This document shows positions 38,397-48,590 of a stretch of 64,000 bases of DNA, one piece after another. Position 1 is the first letter of the stretch; the number at the start of each line of letters is the position of its first letter. The translations under genes and the position numbers were made by a program. This DNA comes from Dermatophilaceae bacterium (GTDB taxonomy: Bacteria; Actinomycetota; Actinomycetes; Actinomycetales; Dermatophilaceae). The stretch is taken from positions 849 to 64,848 of the forward strand of contig DASVKO010000026.1 of assembly GCA_036385355.1 (NCBI GenBank). The letters run 5' to 3'. Below the pieces are notes generated by a model. The model did no database searches, was not told the DNA's origin, and saw only the letters and a list, made by a program, of their open reading frames with translations.

Positions 38397-39838
38397 GACG
38401 GGACCACCGATCCTGTGGCATCCAGCAGACGATCTCCGAGCCACCGCAGCCCGGCGTCACGGCTGGACTTGACCAGCACGACGTCGCCCGGGGACAGGTG
38501 CTGCCGGAGCAGCTGATAGGCCGCTTCTGTGTCGGGGACCCAGATCGACTCGCTGCCGCTCACCTCGCCCGGGCCCGCGTCACGGGCACCACGGTCGATT
38601 GGCTGGGCCCCCTGCCCCACGGCGACCAGACGCGAGACGTCCAGGCTCACCGCCAGCCGGCCGACCGCCTCGTGCTCGGCGGCGGATTCGGGTCCCAGCT
38701 CGAGCATCTCGCCCAGCACCGCCCAGGTCCGCCGCCCCTGGCCCATGGCCGCCAGAGCCTGCAGCGCGGCGCGCATCGAGTCGGGGTTGGCGTTGTAGGC
38801 GTCATTGACGATCGTGACGCCATCGGGCCGCTCATGGACCTCCATCCGCCAGCGACTCAGCGGACGGGCCTCACCGAGCGCCGTCGCGACCTCGGCCAGC
38901 GGCATGCCGACGGCCAGCGCGACGGCGGCCACCGCCAGGGCGTTCCCGACATGGTGCCCGCCGTGGTACCCGAGAACGACCGGGGCCGTGCCCTGATCGG
39001 TGGCGAGGGTGAAGGAGGCGCGGCCCTGCGGGTCGAGGGAGATGTCGAGCGCCCGGACATCTGCCTGAGTCGACTCCCCCACCCCTATGACGTGGGCCCG
39101 GGTCCGGCTGGCCATGCCCCGGACAACCGGGTCGTCCGCGTTGAGCACGGCGAACCCGGTTGCCGGCAGTGACTCCACGAGCTCGGCCTTGGCCTCACCG
39201 ATGGCCTCACGTGAGCCGAACTCACCGACATGGGCGGTCCCCACATTGAGGACGACACCGATCCGGGGCTGCGCTATCCGGGTCAGGTACTCGATGTGAC
39301 CGATCCCCCGGGAGCCCATCTCGAGGACGAGGTAGGCCGTGGTGGGAGTGATCCGGCAGACAGTCAGCGGGACGCCGACCTCGGAGTTCAGCGAACCGAC
39401 GTTGGCGACCGTCTCACCGTGGCGCTCCAGCACCGACCAGAGCAGGTCCTTGGTGCTGGTCTTGCCCGAGGACCCGGTGATGCCGATGACGACGGCACGG
39501 TCGTTGCGCCCGACCAGGGCCTGGGCGAGCGAGACGAACGCCTCCTGGACGTCCTTGACCACCACGGACGGCAGGTCAGCGACCGGCCGCGTGGTCAGGG
39601 CCGCGACGGCTCCCCGGGCATGCGCCGATGCGACGAAGTCGTGGCCGTCCAGATCCTCCCCGACGCGGGCGATGTACAGGCTGCCGGCGGTGGCCTCCCG
39701 TGAGTCGGTGACCACCGGTCCGTCCACCAGGGGATCCGGTCGCCCGGCGGCTGGTCCCCCGACCTCGACGGCGTCGACCGCGTCACAGACCTCGCCCCCG
39801 GTGATCAGGGCGATCTCACTGAGCCTGAGCGGGATCAT
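38393..39838 (-). CDS. murF: UDP-N-acetylmuramoyl-tripeptide--D-alanyl-D-alanine ligase
   Basis: 481 aa: [27 protein letters not shown] overlap with murE. Confidence 0.95.
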   Translation of the reverse strand: MIPLRLSEIALITGGEVCDAVDAVEVGGPAAGRPDPLVDGPVVTDSREATAGSLYIARVGEDLDGHDFVASAHARGAVAALTTRPVADLPSVVVKDVQEAFVSLAQALVGRNDRAVVIGITGSSGKTSTKDLLWSVLERHGETVANVGSLNSEVGVPLTVCRITPTTAYLVLEMGSRGIGHIEYLTRIAQPRIGVVLNVGTAHVGEFGSREAIGEAKAELVESLPATGFAVLNADDPVVRGMASRTRAHVIGVGESTQADVRALDISLDPQGRASFTLATDQGTAPVVLGYHGGHHVGNALAVAAVALAVGMPLAEVATALGEARPLSRWRMEVHERPDGVTIVNDAYNANPDSMRAALQALAAMGQGRRTWAVLGEMLELGPESAAEHEAVGRLAVSLDVSRLVAVGQGAQPIDRGARDAGPGEVSGSESIWVPDTEAAYQLLRQHLSPGDVVLVKSSRDAGLRWLGDRLLDATGSVVPS

Positions 39839-41529
39839 CTGTGCTCTCCGGACGCCGGCTGGTCTCTGGTTGCCGGCTGATCACTGGTTGCCGAATGGTT
39901 CATGGATGCTGTCTGGGTCATGGATGCTGCGCGCTCCGTCAATGCTGCTCTCAGCTGTGCTCGGTCATCGAAGGGGTGAACCACCCCGGCAGTCTCCTGC
40001 CCGCTCTCGTGCCCCTTGCCGAGGACCACGACGGTGTCGCCCGGGCCGGCCCGGGCGACGGCCTCGCGAATGGCCGTGCCCCGGTCGCCGATCTCACGGA
40101 TCCGCGAAGGCGACGGGCGGACGGGGTCCTGCTCACCCAGGGCGCCAGCCACAACTGCCGCGCGGATGGTCGCCGGGTCCTCCGAGCGCGGGTTGTCATC
40201 GGTGACGATGACGACGTCCGCGCCGGCCGCTGCCGCCGCGCCCATGGCCGCCCGCTTGCCGGAGTCGCGGTCTCCGCCGGCTCCCAGAACCACGATCAGC
40301 AACCCGGAAGTGCTGTGCCGCAATGCTTTGAGGGCCGAAGCCACGGCCACCGGGGTGTGTGCGAAGTCAACGACAGCCAGCGGCATCACGTCGCTGGCAG
40401 GGCCACCGACAGGTTCGGCGGAACCGGCGGTCCGGGCGCCGCCCACCTGGACCCGCTCCATCCGGCCGGGGACGTGCGGGTCGGCGGCCAGGGCCGCCTC
40501 GATGGCGTCGGGCGGGTACCCCGAGCCCAGCAGCACCAGAGCAGCCACCGCGGTGTTGACCCGGTTGAAGTCTCCGGCCAGGGCCGACCGCAGGGACATT
40601 CGCCGATCGCCGGCGACGAGATCGAAGGCGGAGGCGTCCAGCCCTGTGGTGTGGATCTGCCAGTCAGCCGGGACGTCCGGGAGCGATGAGATCGAGACCA
40701 CTGGCACCCTGGACTCCCGGACGAGCCGCTGACCCCATTCGTCGTCCACGCACACCACGGCGCGGACCGCCCTCTCCGGAGTGAACAACGACGCCTTCGC
40801 CTGGAAGTACTCCTCCATCGACCCGTGGAAGTCGAGGTGGTCCTGGGACAGGTTCGTGAAGGCGGCCACGTCGAAGCGCACGCCATCGACCCGGTGCAGG
40901 GTCAGGGCATGGCTGGACACCTCCATGGTGCAGGTGCCCACACCGCGCTCGAGCATCACGGCGAACAGGGCATGAAGGTCCGCGGACTCGGGCGTGGTCC
41001 GGACGCTCTTGATGGTCTCCTGCCCGATCCGCGTCTCGACAGTGCCGATCAGCCCCGTCACGGCCCCGAGGGCGTGCAGCGCCGAGTCGAGCAGGTAGGC
41101 GGTCGTGGTCTTCCCGTTGGTGCCGGTGATCCCCAGCATGGTCAGCTCCCGGCTGGCCCGGCCGTAGATCAGCGCCGCCACCTCGCCCAGGACGGCCCGG
41201 GGCTCGGCAACCACCAGGACAGGAACCGGGACCTCTCTGAGTGCGAGCAGTGCCGCTCCCGCCGGGTCGGTGAGCACCGCCACCGCGCCCAGCCCGATCG
41301 CTGCGCCGACGAAGCGGGCACCGTGCACATTGGCTCCGGGAAGGGCCGCATACAGGTCCCCGGGCCGGACTGCGCGCGAGTCCAGCGTCACCCCGGTCAC
41401 GCCGGGACGAGAAGCCTTCCTGGGGCTGAGATGCACCATCACGTCGGTCGTCGCCGGAACCCCCGCACACTCAGCCACGGACTGGAGGCAGATGCCGCGG
41501 ACGGACTGGGGACGCGGGGTCGCGCTCAC
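39835..41529 (-). CDS. murE: UDP-N-acetylmuramoyl-L-alanyl-D-glutamate--2,6-diaminopimelate ligase
   Basis: 564 aa: VTGVTLDSRAVRPGDLYAAL, GITGTNGKTTT, VTDDNPRSEDP. It carries a Ser/Thr/Gln-rich C-terminal tail. Confidence 0.94.
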   Translation of the reverse strand: MSATPRPQSVRGICLQSVAECAGVPATTDVMVHLSPRKASRPGVTGVTLDSRAVRPGDLYAALPGANVHGARFVGAAIGLGAVAVLTDPAGAALLALREVPVPVLVVAEPRAVLGEVAALIYGRASRELTMLGITGTNGKTTTAYLLDSALHALGAVTGLIGTVETRIGQETIKSVRTTPESADLHALFAVMLERGVGTCTMEVSSHALTLHRVDGVRFDVAAFTNLSQDHLDFHGSMEEYFQAKASLFTPERAVRAVVCVDDEWGQRLVRESRVPVVSISSLPDVPADWQIHTTGLDASAFDLVAGDRRMSLRSALAGDFNRVNTAVAALVLLGSGYPPDAIEAALAADPHVPGRMERVQVGGARTAGSAEPVGGPASDVMPLAVVDFAHTPVAVASALKALRHSTSGLLIVVLGAGGDRDSGKRAAMGAAAAAGADVVIVTDDNPRSEDPATIRAAVVAGALGEQDPVRPSPSRIREIGDRGTAIREAVARAGPGDTVVVLGKGHESGQETAGVVHPFDDRAQLRAALTERAASMTQTASMNHSATSDQPATRDQPASGEHR

Positions 41530-41550
41530 GAAAGAACCACGGGCGAGACT

Positions 41551-43635
41551 TTACCGGGCGGGTGTGGGGGGATGGGGACCCGCGCCTGCCTTCAGGGCTG
41601 CCTCTGCCCCGTCGGCGGATACCGGCGGGCCGTCGATCTTGAGCTTCAGGACCGGCGCAGGGGTGCCGGTCGGCGGGATGGCGAACTCCTGCAGCGCGTA
41701 CGTCATGACGTCCTTGAACACCGGGCCGGCGGTCGATCCGCCGTAGTAGCCGCGAATGGGATTCTGCAGGATCACCGCCACGACGAACTCCGGCTTGTCT
41801 GCCGGAGCGAAGCCGATGAAGGATGCCGTCTTGCCCGAGTAGCGCCCGTTGTCGCCAACCCGGTCGGCGGTCCCGGTCTTGCCCGCGACGCGATACCCCG
41901 GGATCTTTGCCTGCCGGGCGGTGCCGCCGTCGGCGACCACGAACTCGAGCATCTGGCTGAGCGTCTTGGCGGTCGCGGCGGAGATGACCCGCACCGGGGT
42001 GGTGGGCGGCGTCTGCGTCCGGGTGCCGTCGGGGTTCTCCATGCCGGCCACCAGGGTCGGCGGCACCCGCACCCCCCCGTTGGCGATGGTCTGGAAGACG
42101 CCCGCGGCCTGGATGGCGTTGACCGCCAGTCCCTGGCCGTACATGACGGTGTAACGCTGCGAGGCGCTCCAGTCCTGGGACCGGGCGAAGATGCCGGGGG
42201 TCTCGCCCGGGAAGTGGATTCCGGACGACTTCCCGACGCCGAAGCTACGGAAGTACCTCTCGAGGGTGGCCGGCGGGACCTTCTCGCCGACCATCATGGT
42301 GCCGATGTTGCTCGACTGGGCGATCACGCCGGCGAACGTGAGGGGCTCGATGCCGTGGTCATGGGAGTCCCGGAACGACTGGCCCCCACGGGGCAGCCGA
42401 TTGGGGACTGTCACGGGAGTGGCGGGCGTGGCGACACCCTCCTGCAGAGCGGCCGCCGCCGTCATGACCTTGGCGATGGAACCTGGTTCGAACGCCTCCT
42501 CGAAGGCGTTGTTCTTGAGGCTGCTGCCGGCCTTGGAGATGTCGTTGGGGTCGAAGGTCGGATACGACGCGACCGCTGCGAGCGAGCCCGTCCGGGCATT
42601 CATGACCACGACGGTGCCTGACAACGCCCGCGTCTCGTTGACCTTCTGGGCGATGGCGTTCTGCGCGAACCACTGGAGATCGCTGTTGATCGTCAGCTGA
42701 ATGTCGCGGCCGGCAACAGCCGGGGTGATCTGCTGGTCGCCGGTGGGGATGGGACGGCCGTCCCGCGACTTCTCGAAGGTGGACACACCCGGCTTGCCCT
42801 TGAGCTGCTTGTTGAACAGCAGCTCGAGGCCACCACCTGCTGACCCGTCACCACCGACCCAGCCCACCAGGGAGGCCGCCGACGCCGCGGTGGGGTAGGA
42901 ACGTCTCGTTGTCGGCTCGCTCAGGATGCCCGGGATCCCCAGGGCCCTGATCCTGCGCCAGTCCGACACGGAGATGTCCTTGGCGACGTACACGAACCGT
43001 CGAACGCCGCTCAGCGTCACGGACAGCTCGGCCTCCGACATGCCCAGGATGGGTGCGAGGTCGGCAGCCGCCCCCGCAACCCCGACCGTCGTGCGGACGC
43101 CGTTGACCTTCTTCTTGTAGGACGGCACCGCGGTCTGGTCCGCCGTGACGTTACGGCGCTCGATGCTGGTGGCCAGCACGGAACCGTTGAAGGCCGTGAT
43201 GTCACCGCGAAGTGCGGGCACCGGCACGATGCTCAGGCGGTTCTTGAGCGCCGCGCTGGCCATGGCCGAGGAGTCAAGGGCCTGCAGACGGAACAGCTGT
43301 GCTCCGAAGAGGCTGAGGATGAAGAGCCCCGTCAGCAACAGAAAGCGGACGCGGCGTTCGGGATGGACGACACCCAGTCCGGCGGGCCTGGACGTCCCTC
43401 CCCCCCGCCGGGATGCCCCCTTGGCGGGTCGGCGAGCAGAAGCGCCGCCGGCTTTCGTGGACGTTGGAGACGTGCCTCGCACCGGCTTGCGGGGCCCTGA
43501 GGCCGCAGGCTTCCTGGCCGAACGGGAGACGCTCCCGGCCGGCGTGCGTCGGGCCGGCTTGCCAGACCGAGCGTTGGATCCCGAGGATCGGGCAGGGCGG
43601 GCGTCGCCCGATCCTCGGCCTCGGGTCTGACTCAT
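41551..43635 (-). CDS. ftsI: class B penicillin-binding protein / peptidoglycan D,D-transpeptidase FtsI
   Basis: The ATG at 43635 lies 4 nt after the ftsL stop, with GAGGTG upstream. Basic N-terminus and TM segment. SxxK (SIAK), SxN (SSN) and KTG (KTGT) motifs. Confidence 0.92.
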   Translation of the reverse strand: MSQTRGRGSGDARPARSSGSNARSGKPARRTPAGSVSRSARKPAASGPRKPVRGTSPTSTKAGGASARRPAKGASRRGGGTSRPAGLGVVHPERRVRFLLLTGLFILSLFGAQLFRLQALDSSAMASAALKNRLSIVPVPALRGDITAFNGSVLATSIERRNVTADQTAVPSYKKKVNGVRTTVGVAGAAADLAPILGMSEAELSVTLSGVRRFVYVAKDISVSDWRRIRALGIPGILSEPTTRRSYPTAASAASLVGWVGGDGSAGGGLELLFNKQLKGKPGVSTFEKSRDGRPIPTGDQQITPAVAGRDIQLTINSDLQWFAQNAIAQKVNETRALSGTVVVMNARTGSLAAVASYPTFDPNDISKAGSSLKNNAFEEAFEPGSIAKVMTAAAALQEGVATPATPVTVPNRLPRGGQSFRDSHDHGIEPLTFAGVIAQSSNIGTMMVGEKVPPATLERYFRSFGVGKSSGIHFPGETPGIFARSQDWSASQRYTVMYGQGLAVNAIQAAGVFQTIANGGVRVPPTLVAGMENPDGTRTQTPPTTPVRVISAATAKTLSQMLEFVVADGGTARQAKIPGYRVAGKTGTADRVGDNGRYSGKTASFIGFAPADKPEFVVAVILQNPIRGYYGGSTAGPVFKDVMTYALQEFAIPPTGTPAPVLKLKIDGPPVSADGAEAALKAGAGPHPPTPAR

Positions 43636-43639
43636 GAGC

Positions 43640-44242
43640 TCACCTCTTTGCTGGCGTGGCCGGCCTCGCTGCAACTGATGCTGGCGTGGCCGGCCTCGTT
43701 GCAGACGGGGCTGGTGCCACTGTGGCCGTTGTGGCCGGCTTGGCCGTTGTGGCCGCAGGGGCGGCTGGAGCTGTCTTGGCCGGCTTCGCGACGGCCGGAG
43801 GCGGCGGGGAGCTGGTCGTTCTCACCACGTTAAAGCCCTGCCCGCGGGATGCCGGCTTCGCCACGCCGATGACCTTGCCGTCCGAGAGCCGCAGGAAGGC
43901 AGCGGACTGCGCCGGCACCATCCCCATGCCGGTCGCCCGCGTCGCCAGGCTGGCCGGTGACTTCGAGGCATCCAGGGACTGGTTGAGGGCGACCTGGGTG
44001 TCGCTCAGCTGATCGGAGGTGGCCTGAAGCTTCTGAAGGGTGAAGGAACCCTGTGCCAGAGCGGTGTTGAGCACCAGGAGTCCGACCAGCCCTGCCGCCA
44101 GAAGGATCGCGCAGACGATGCCGAAGGCGGCGCTGCCACGCCTCAGGGGTGCTCCGGTGACCACGCGCAGTCTGGGCGTGGTCGTGTCCGGACGGTTCAG
44201 GGCGCGTGCGCCGACTCGCGCTGTGGAGGTCATCTGACTCAT
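43640..44242 (-). CDS. ftsL: FtsL-like septum formation protein with Pro/Ala/Thr-rich C-terminal tail
   Basis: 200 aa. Single TM ([20 protein letters not shown]), short coiled-coil, tail [29 protein letters not shown]...[22 protein letters not shown] overlap with the rsmH stop. Conserved position between rsmH and ftsI. Confidence 0.82.
   Translation of the reverse strand: MSQMTSTARVGARALNRPDTTTPRLRVVTGAPLRRGSAAFGIVCAILLAAGLVGLLVLNTALAQGSFTLQKLQATSDQLSDTQVALNQSLDASKSPASLATRATGMGMVPAQSAAFLRLSDGKVIGVAKPASRGQGFNVVRTTSSPPPPAVAKPAKTAPAAPAATTAKPATTATVAPAPSATRPATPASVAARPATPAKR
43649..43708. repeat. 30-bp tandem duplication at the 3' end of ftsL
   Basis: tgctggcgtggccggcctcg(c/t)tgca(a/g)ac(t/g)g(a/g) x2. 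A further gtggccg(t/g) reiteration lies at 43721-43756. Confidence 0.85.
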
Positions 44243-45237
44243 GCGAGGTGTCCTTTCGAGACGCGGGTTCGTTCGGCTGCCCGCAACCGGGCCGATGCCG
44301 CTCGCGGGTTGAGACTGACTTCGGCGGCACCGGGCTCCTCGGCTCCGCGGGTGAGCAGGCGAAGGTATGGCGCCAGCTCGGGGAGCTCGACCGGCAGGCC
44401 CACCGGAGTACCGCTGTGAGCGCCGGCCGCCAGTGTCTGCTTGGCGAGGCGGTCCTCCAGCGAGTGGTAGCTCAGGACAGCGATCCGGCCACCCACCGCC
44501 AGCGCGTCCACGGCTGCCGGAAGCACGGCCCTGAGCGCCTCGAGCTCACCGTTGACCTCGATCCGCAACGCCTGGAAGGTCCGTTTGGCGGGATGCCCGC
44601 CGCTCTTCTGAGAAGCGGCCGGAACTGCCGAGCGCAGGATCTCGACAAGCCGTGCCGAGCTGGTGAACGGCTGCCGGGCGCGCTCTCGCACGATGGCCGA
44701 GGCCACCCGCTTGGCGAATCGCTCTTCGCCGTGGTCGCGCAGGATCCGCTCGAGATCGGCCTGGCTGTAGGTGTTGAGGACGTGGGCCGCGGTGATGCCG
44801 CTGTCCTGGTCCATCCGCATGTCCAGCGGGGCGTCGTGCCGGTAGGCGAAACCGCGCTCCTCCTCGTCGAGCTGCAGCGAGGACACTCCGAGGTCGAGCA
44901 TCACTGCCGACACCGATCCGCGTCCCGATGGGCCGGTCAGTGCCTGGGCGGCAAGAATCTGCGGCAGCTCGTCATACACCGCGTGAACGGGAGTGAAACG
45001 ATCACCGAAGCGAGCCAGTCGACCTCCGGCCAGGGTCAGAGCCTCCTGGTCGCGGTCTATGCCCACCACACGCGCCTCGGGGCACTGTTCAAGGATCGAC
45101 TCGCTGTGACCGCCCATCCCCAGGGTGGCGTCCACCAGGACCGAGCCCGGCTCCTGGAGCGCGGGTGCGAGGAGCTCGACGATGCGATCGCGCATGACAG
45201 GGACGTGGAGGTCCTCGGCCGTCCGGCGAGCGTTCAT
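44239..45237 (-). CDS. rsmH: 16S rRNA (cytosine1402-N4)-methyltransferase
   Basis: Start [23 protein letters not shown] (ATG at 45237). Motifs [10 protein letters not shown] and [10 protein letters not shown]. The ORF-track start at 45462 adds 75 non-homologous residues. Confidence 0.93.
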   Translation of the reverse strand: MNARRTAEDLHVPVMRDRIVELLAPALQEPGSVLVDATLGMGGHSESILEQCPEARVVGIDRDQEALTLAGGRLARFGDRFTPVHAVYDELPQILAAQALTGPSGRGSVSAVMLDLGVSSLQLDEEERGFAYRHDAPLDMRMDQDSGITAAHVLNTYSQADLERILRDHGEERFAKRVASAIVRERARQPFTSSARLVEILRSAVPAASQKSGGHPAKRTFQALRIEVNGELEALRAVLPAAVDALAVGGRIAVLSYHSLEDRLAKQTLAAGAHSGTPVGLPVELPELAPYLRLLTRGAEEPGAAEVSLNPRAASARLRAAERTRVSKGHLA

Positions 45238-45481
45238 CGGTACGTCTTCTCTCGTGTCTGGAAGGGCCTCGGGCTTCTTTCCATGAAGTTCGATGTCGTC
45301 AACGGTCCTGGTCGTCAACGTGCTGCGAGGTTCTGTGGCGCTGGTCCGGTCCCTGGTTTCAGGTCTCCAACCGCTTCTGAGAGGTGCGGCCCGACAACGG
45401 GGAAGTGAAGTCGGGACGCGAAGCGGGTGGAGACCTGACTTCAGGGCCCATCTGCTGTGCATGGAGTCGCTGGGGATCTGC

Positions 45482-45931
45482 TCACAGGAGTCCGGGAATC
45501 ACCTCCTCTGCCTGGTCGGCAAAGGCTTGCTCCGTGCTCGCGAGGTAGGTGTCCCACGCCCCGGTGTCCCACACCTCGACCCGTGACCCGGCGCCGATGA
45601 CGGTGCAGTCCCGGGTGAGCCCGGCGTACTCGCGCAGGTTCGACGGGACGGTCACCCTCCCCTGCTTGTCGGGTATCTCGTCCGAGGCGCCGGACAGGAA
45701 CATGCGCATGAAGTCGCGAGAGGCCTTGTGCGTCAACGGTGCGCCGCGCATGTTCTCGGCCACCCTGGCGAACTCGTCGGTCGGGTAGACGTAGAGGCAC
45801 CTCTCCTGGCCGCGGGTGATCACCAGGCCACTGGCCAGACGGTCCCGGAACTTGGCCGGCAGGAACAGCCGTCCCTTGTCGTCGAGTCGGGGGGTGTGCG
45901 TGCCAAGGAACACGATGCCCTCCCTCCCCAT
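45482..45931 (-). CDS. mraZ: transcriptional regulator MraZ
   Basis: [23 protein letters not shown] and [18 protein letters not shown] (two SpoVT/AbrB-type repeats). The start may be the GTG at 45913. Confidence 0.93.
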   Translation of the reverse strand: MGREGIVFLGTHTPRLDDKGRLFLPAKFRDRLASGLVITRGQERCLYVYPTDEFARVAENMRGAPLTHKASRDFMRMFLSGASDEIPDKQGRVTVPSNLREYAGLTRDCTVIGAGSRVEVWDTGAWDTYLASTEQAFADQAEEVIPGLL

Positions 45932-45966
45932 TCACGATCCGTTGTGGGCCACTGATAAGTTCTGCT

Positions 45967-46002
45967 CTCCACCACGCTCCACGTTACTCCACTTTGCACC
46001 AC
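45967..46002 (-). promoter_or_regulatory. putative MraZ operator: four GTGG(A/T)G boxes at exact 10-bp phasing
   Basis: The plus strand carries ctccac at 45967, 45977 and 45987, and caccac at 45997. On the mraZ strand this reads GTGGTGcaaaGTGGAGtaacGTGGAGcgtgGTGGAG, 36-71 nt upstream of the mraZ ORF. Confidence 0.6.
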
Positions 46003-46155
46003 CGTCAACGCAAATCAGAGCGATTCTTGGGTGTTCAGCAGCGTGTCTGCGCAGGCGGACGCCAGCCGCCGGTGGTGAAGCCGGGATGCCGGAAGACCGG
46101 TCCTGGACGGCAACCGGTGACGGATGAAGGGATGTGGGGGAAGATCAGGGAAAGA

Positions 46156-47190
<1,035 letters not shown>

Positions 47191-47200
47191 TCGGCATCGC

Positions 47201-47305
47201 GACAGGCAGGTCAGGCACGGTCAGGCACACAAACACAGACACAGACACAGACATAGACATAGACACGGACAGTCACAGGGACACGGACAGGGACAATGGA
47301 CGGTC
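47201..47305. repeat. degenerate hexanucleotide (GACA-NN) tandem repeat in the moxR-DUF58 spacer
   Basis: gacaggcaggtcaggcacggtcaggcacacaaacacagacacagacacagacatagacatagacacggacagtcacagggacacggacagggacaatggac. Locally AC-rich in an otherwise GC-rich window. Confidence 0.85.
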
Positions 47306-47312
47306 AAGCGCA

Positions 47313-48590
47313 GTGACCCGCCTCCGGGAGGCACTCACCACTCGCGGCCATGCCTTCGTGGCAGCAGGCGTGACCTTGCTGGCCGGCGGCCTCCTGCTCG
47401 GGTTCACCGACATCACCCGTGTCGGGGTGCTGGTGGCCACGTTGCCGCTGCTGGCCGCCATCAGTGCCAGGCGGAGCAGGAGCGGCAGCAAGGTGGTCGT
47501 CACCCGCACCGTTCACCCGGCCCGGCTCGTCGTCGACCAGAGCGCGAAAGTCACCGTCGTTCTCGAGTGCACCTCGGACAGGCACATCCCGCTTCAGATA
47601 GCCGAGGAGAATATCCACTACCTGCTGGGCGACCGACCACGCTTCGTCCTGCCCTCGATGCTGCCGGGCGACATCCGGGAGGTGAGCTACCAGATCCGCT
47701 CCCAGGTCCGCGGACGATTCCGGCTCGGGCCCCTGCGGGTGCGCCGGCGGGATCCGTACGGTCTGGCCGCCATCGCCGCAACACTGCCCGGCTCCACGGA
47801 CATCCTCGTGCTGCCGCGCATCGAGGCGCTCGGCAGTGGGCGCCCCCGCGGGGAGGGTTTCGGCACTGCAGGGTCAATCCCGCACATGGTCGCACTGCAC
47901 GGCGAGGACGATGTGACCGTCCGGAACTACCGGGACGGCGATGACCTGCGCCGTATCCACTGGCCCGCGACGGCCCATCACTCGGAGCTGATGGTGCGCC
48001 AGGAAGACCGCCCGGCCAGGCGTCGGGCCGTCATCGTCCTGGACTCGCGCGCGGACGGGCACCAGGGCTCAGGCACTCTGGGATCCTTCGAATGGGCAGT
48101 CACCGCGGCTGCCTCCGTCGCCGCTCACCTCTGCGAGCACCGCTACGCGCTGCACCTGGTGAGCGGCGAGACCACCGCCGAGGGCACAGCGGCCCAGACC
48201 GCGGAGCTCGACGATGCGCTCGCCTCGCTCGCCCTGGCCCAGCTCGGCTCGGCTGAGCGGTTCGACCAGGTGCTCCATTGGGCGAATCCCCTGACCTCGG
48301 CCGGCGGTCTGGTGGTCGCCATCGTCACTGACCATGACGAGGCCGTACTGCAACGGATCGCGGCCCTGCGCCAGCCCGAGGGAACCGGCCTTCTGATCCT
48401 GCTCGACTCCGCCAGCTTCGCCCCACCCCGGGCCGGAGCGTCCTCAGCGCAGACGCGGACGGTGGCGCTGGCGGACATGGTCGCCGACGCCGGATGGAGC
48501 ACCTGTGTCGTGTCCTCGGACATGACCGTCGCCCAGGCATGGGATGCCATCTCGGCTCGCAGCACGGTCACCTTCGGGGGGTGGCGGTGA
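47313..48590 (+). CDS. DUF58 domain-containing protein
   Basis: 425 aa. N-terminal TM pair, RNYRDGDDLRRIHWPATAH motif. Position immediately after moxR. Confidence 0.88.
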   Translation: MTRLREALTTRGHAFVAAGVTLLAGGLLLGFTDITRVGVLVATLPLLAAISARRSRSGSKVVVTRTVHPARLVVDQSAKVTVVLECTSDRHIPLQIAEENIHYLLGDRPRFVLPSMLPGDIREVSYQIRSQVRGRFRLGPLRVRRRDPYGLAAIAATLPGSTDILVLPRIEALGSGRPRGEGFGTAGSIPHMVALHGEDDVTVRNYRDGDDLRRIHWPATAHHSELMVRQEDRPARRRAVIVLDSRADGHQGSGTLGSFEWAVTAAASVAAHLCEHRYALHLVSGETTAEGTAAQTAELDDALASLALAQLGSAERFDQVLHWANPLTSAGGLVVAIVTDHDEAVLQRIAALRQPEGTGLLILLDSASFAPPRAGASSAQTRTVALADMVADAGWSTCVVSSDMTVAQAWDAISARSTVTFGGWR

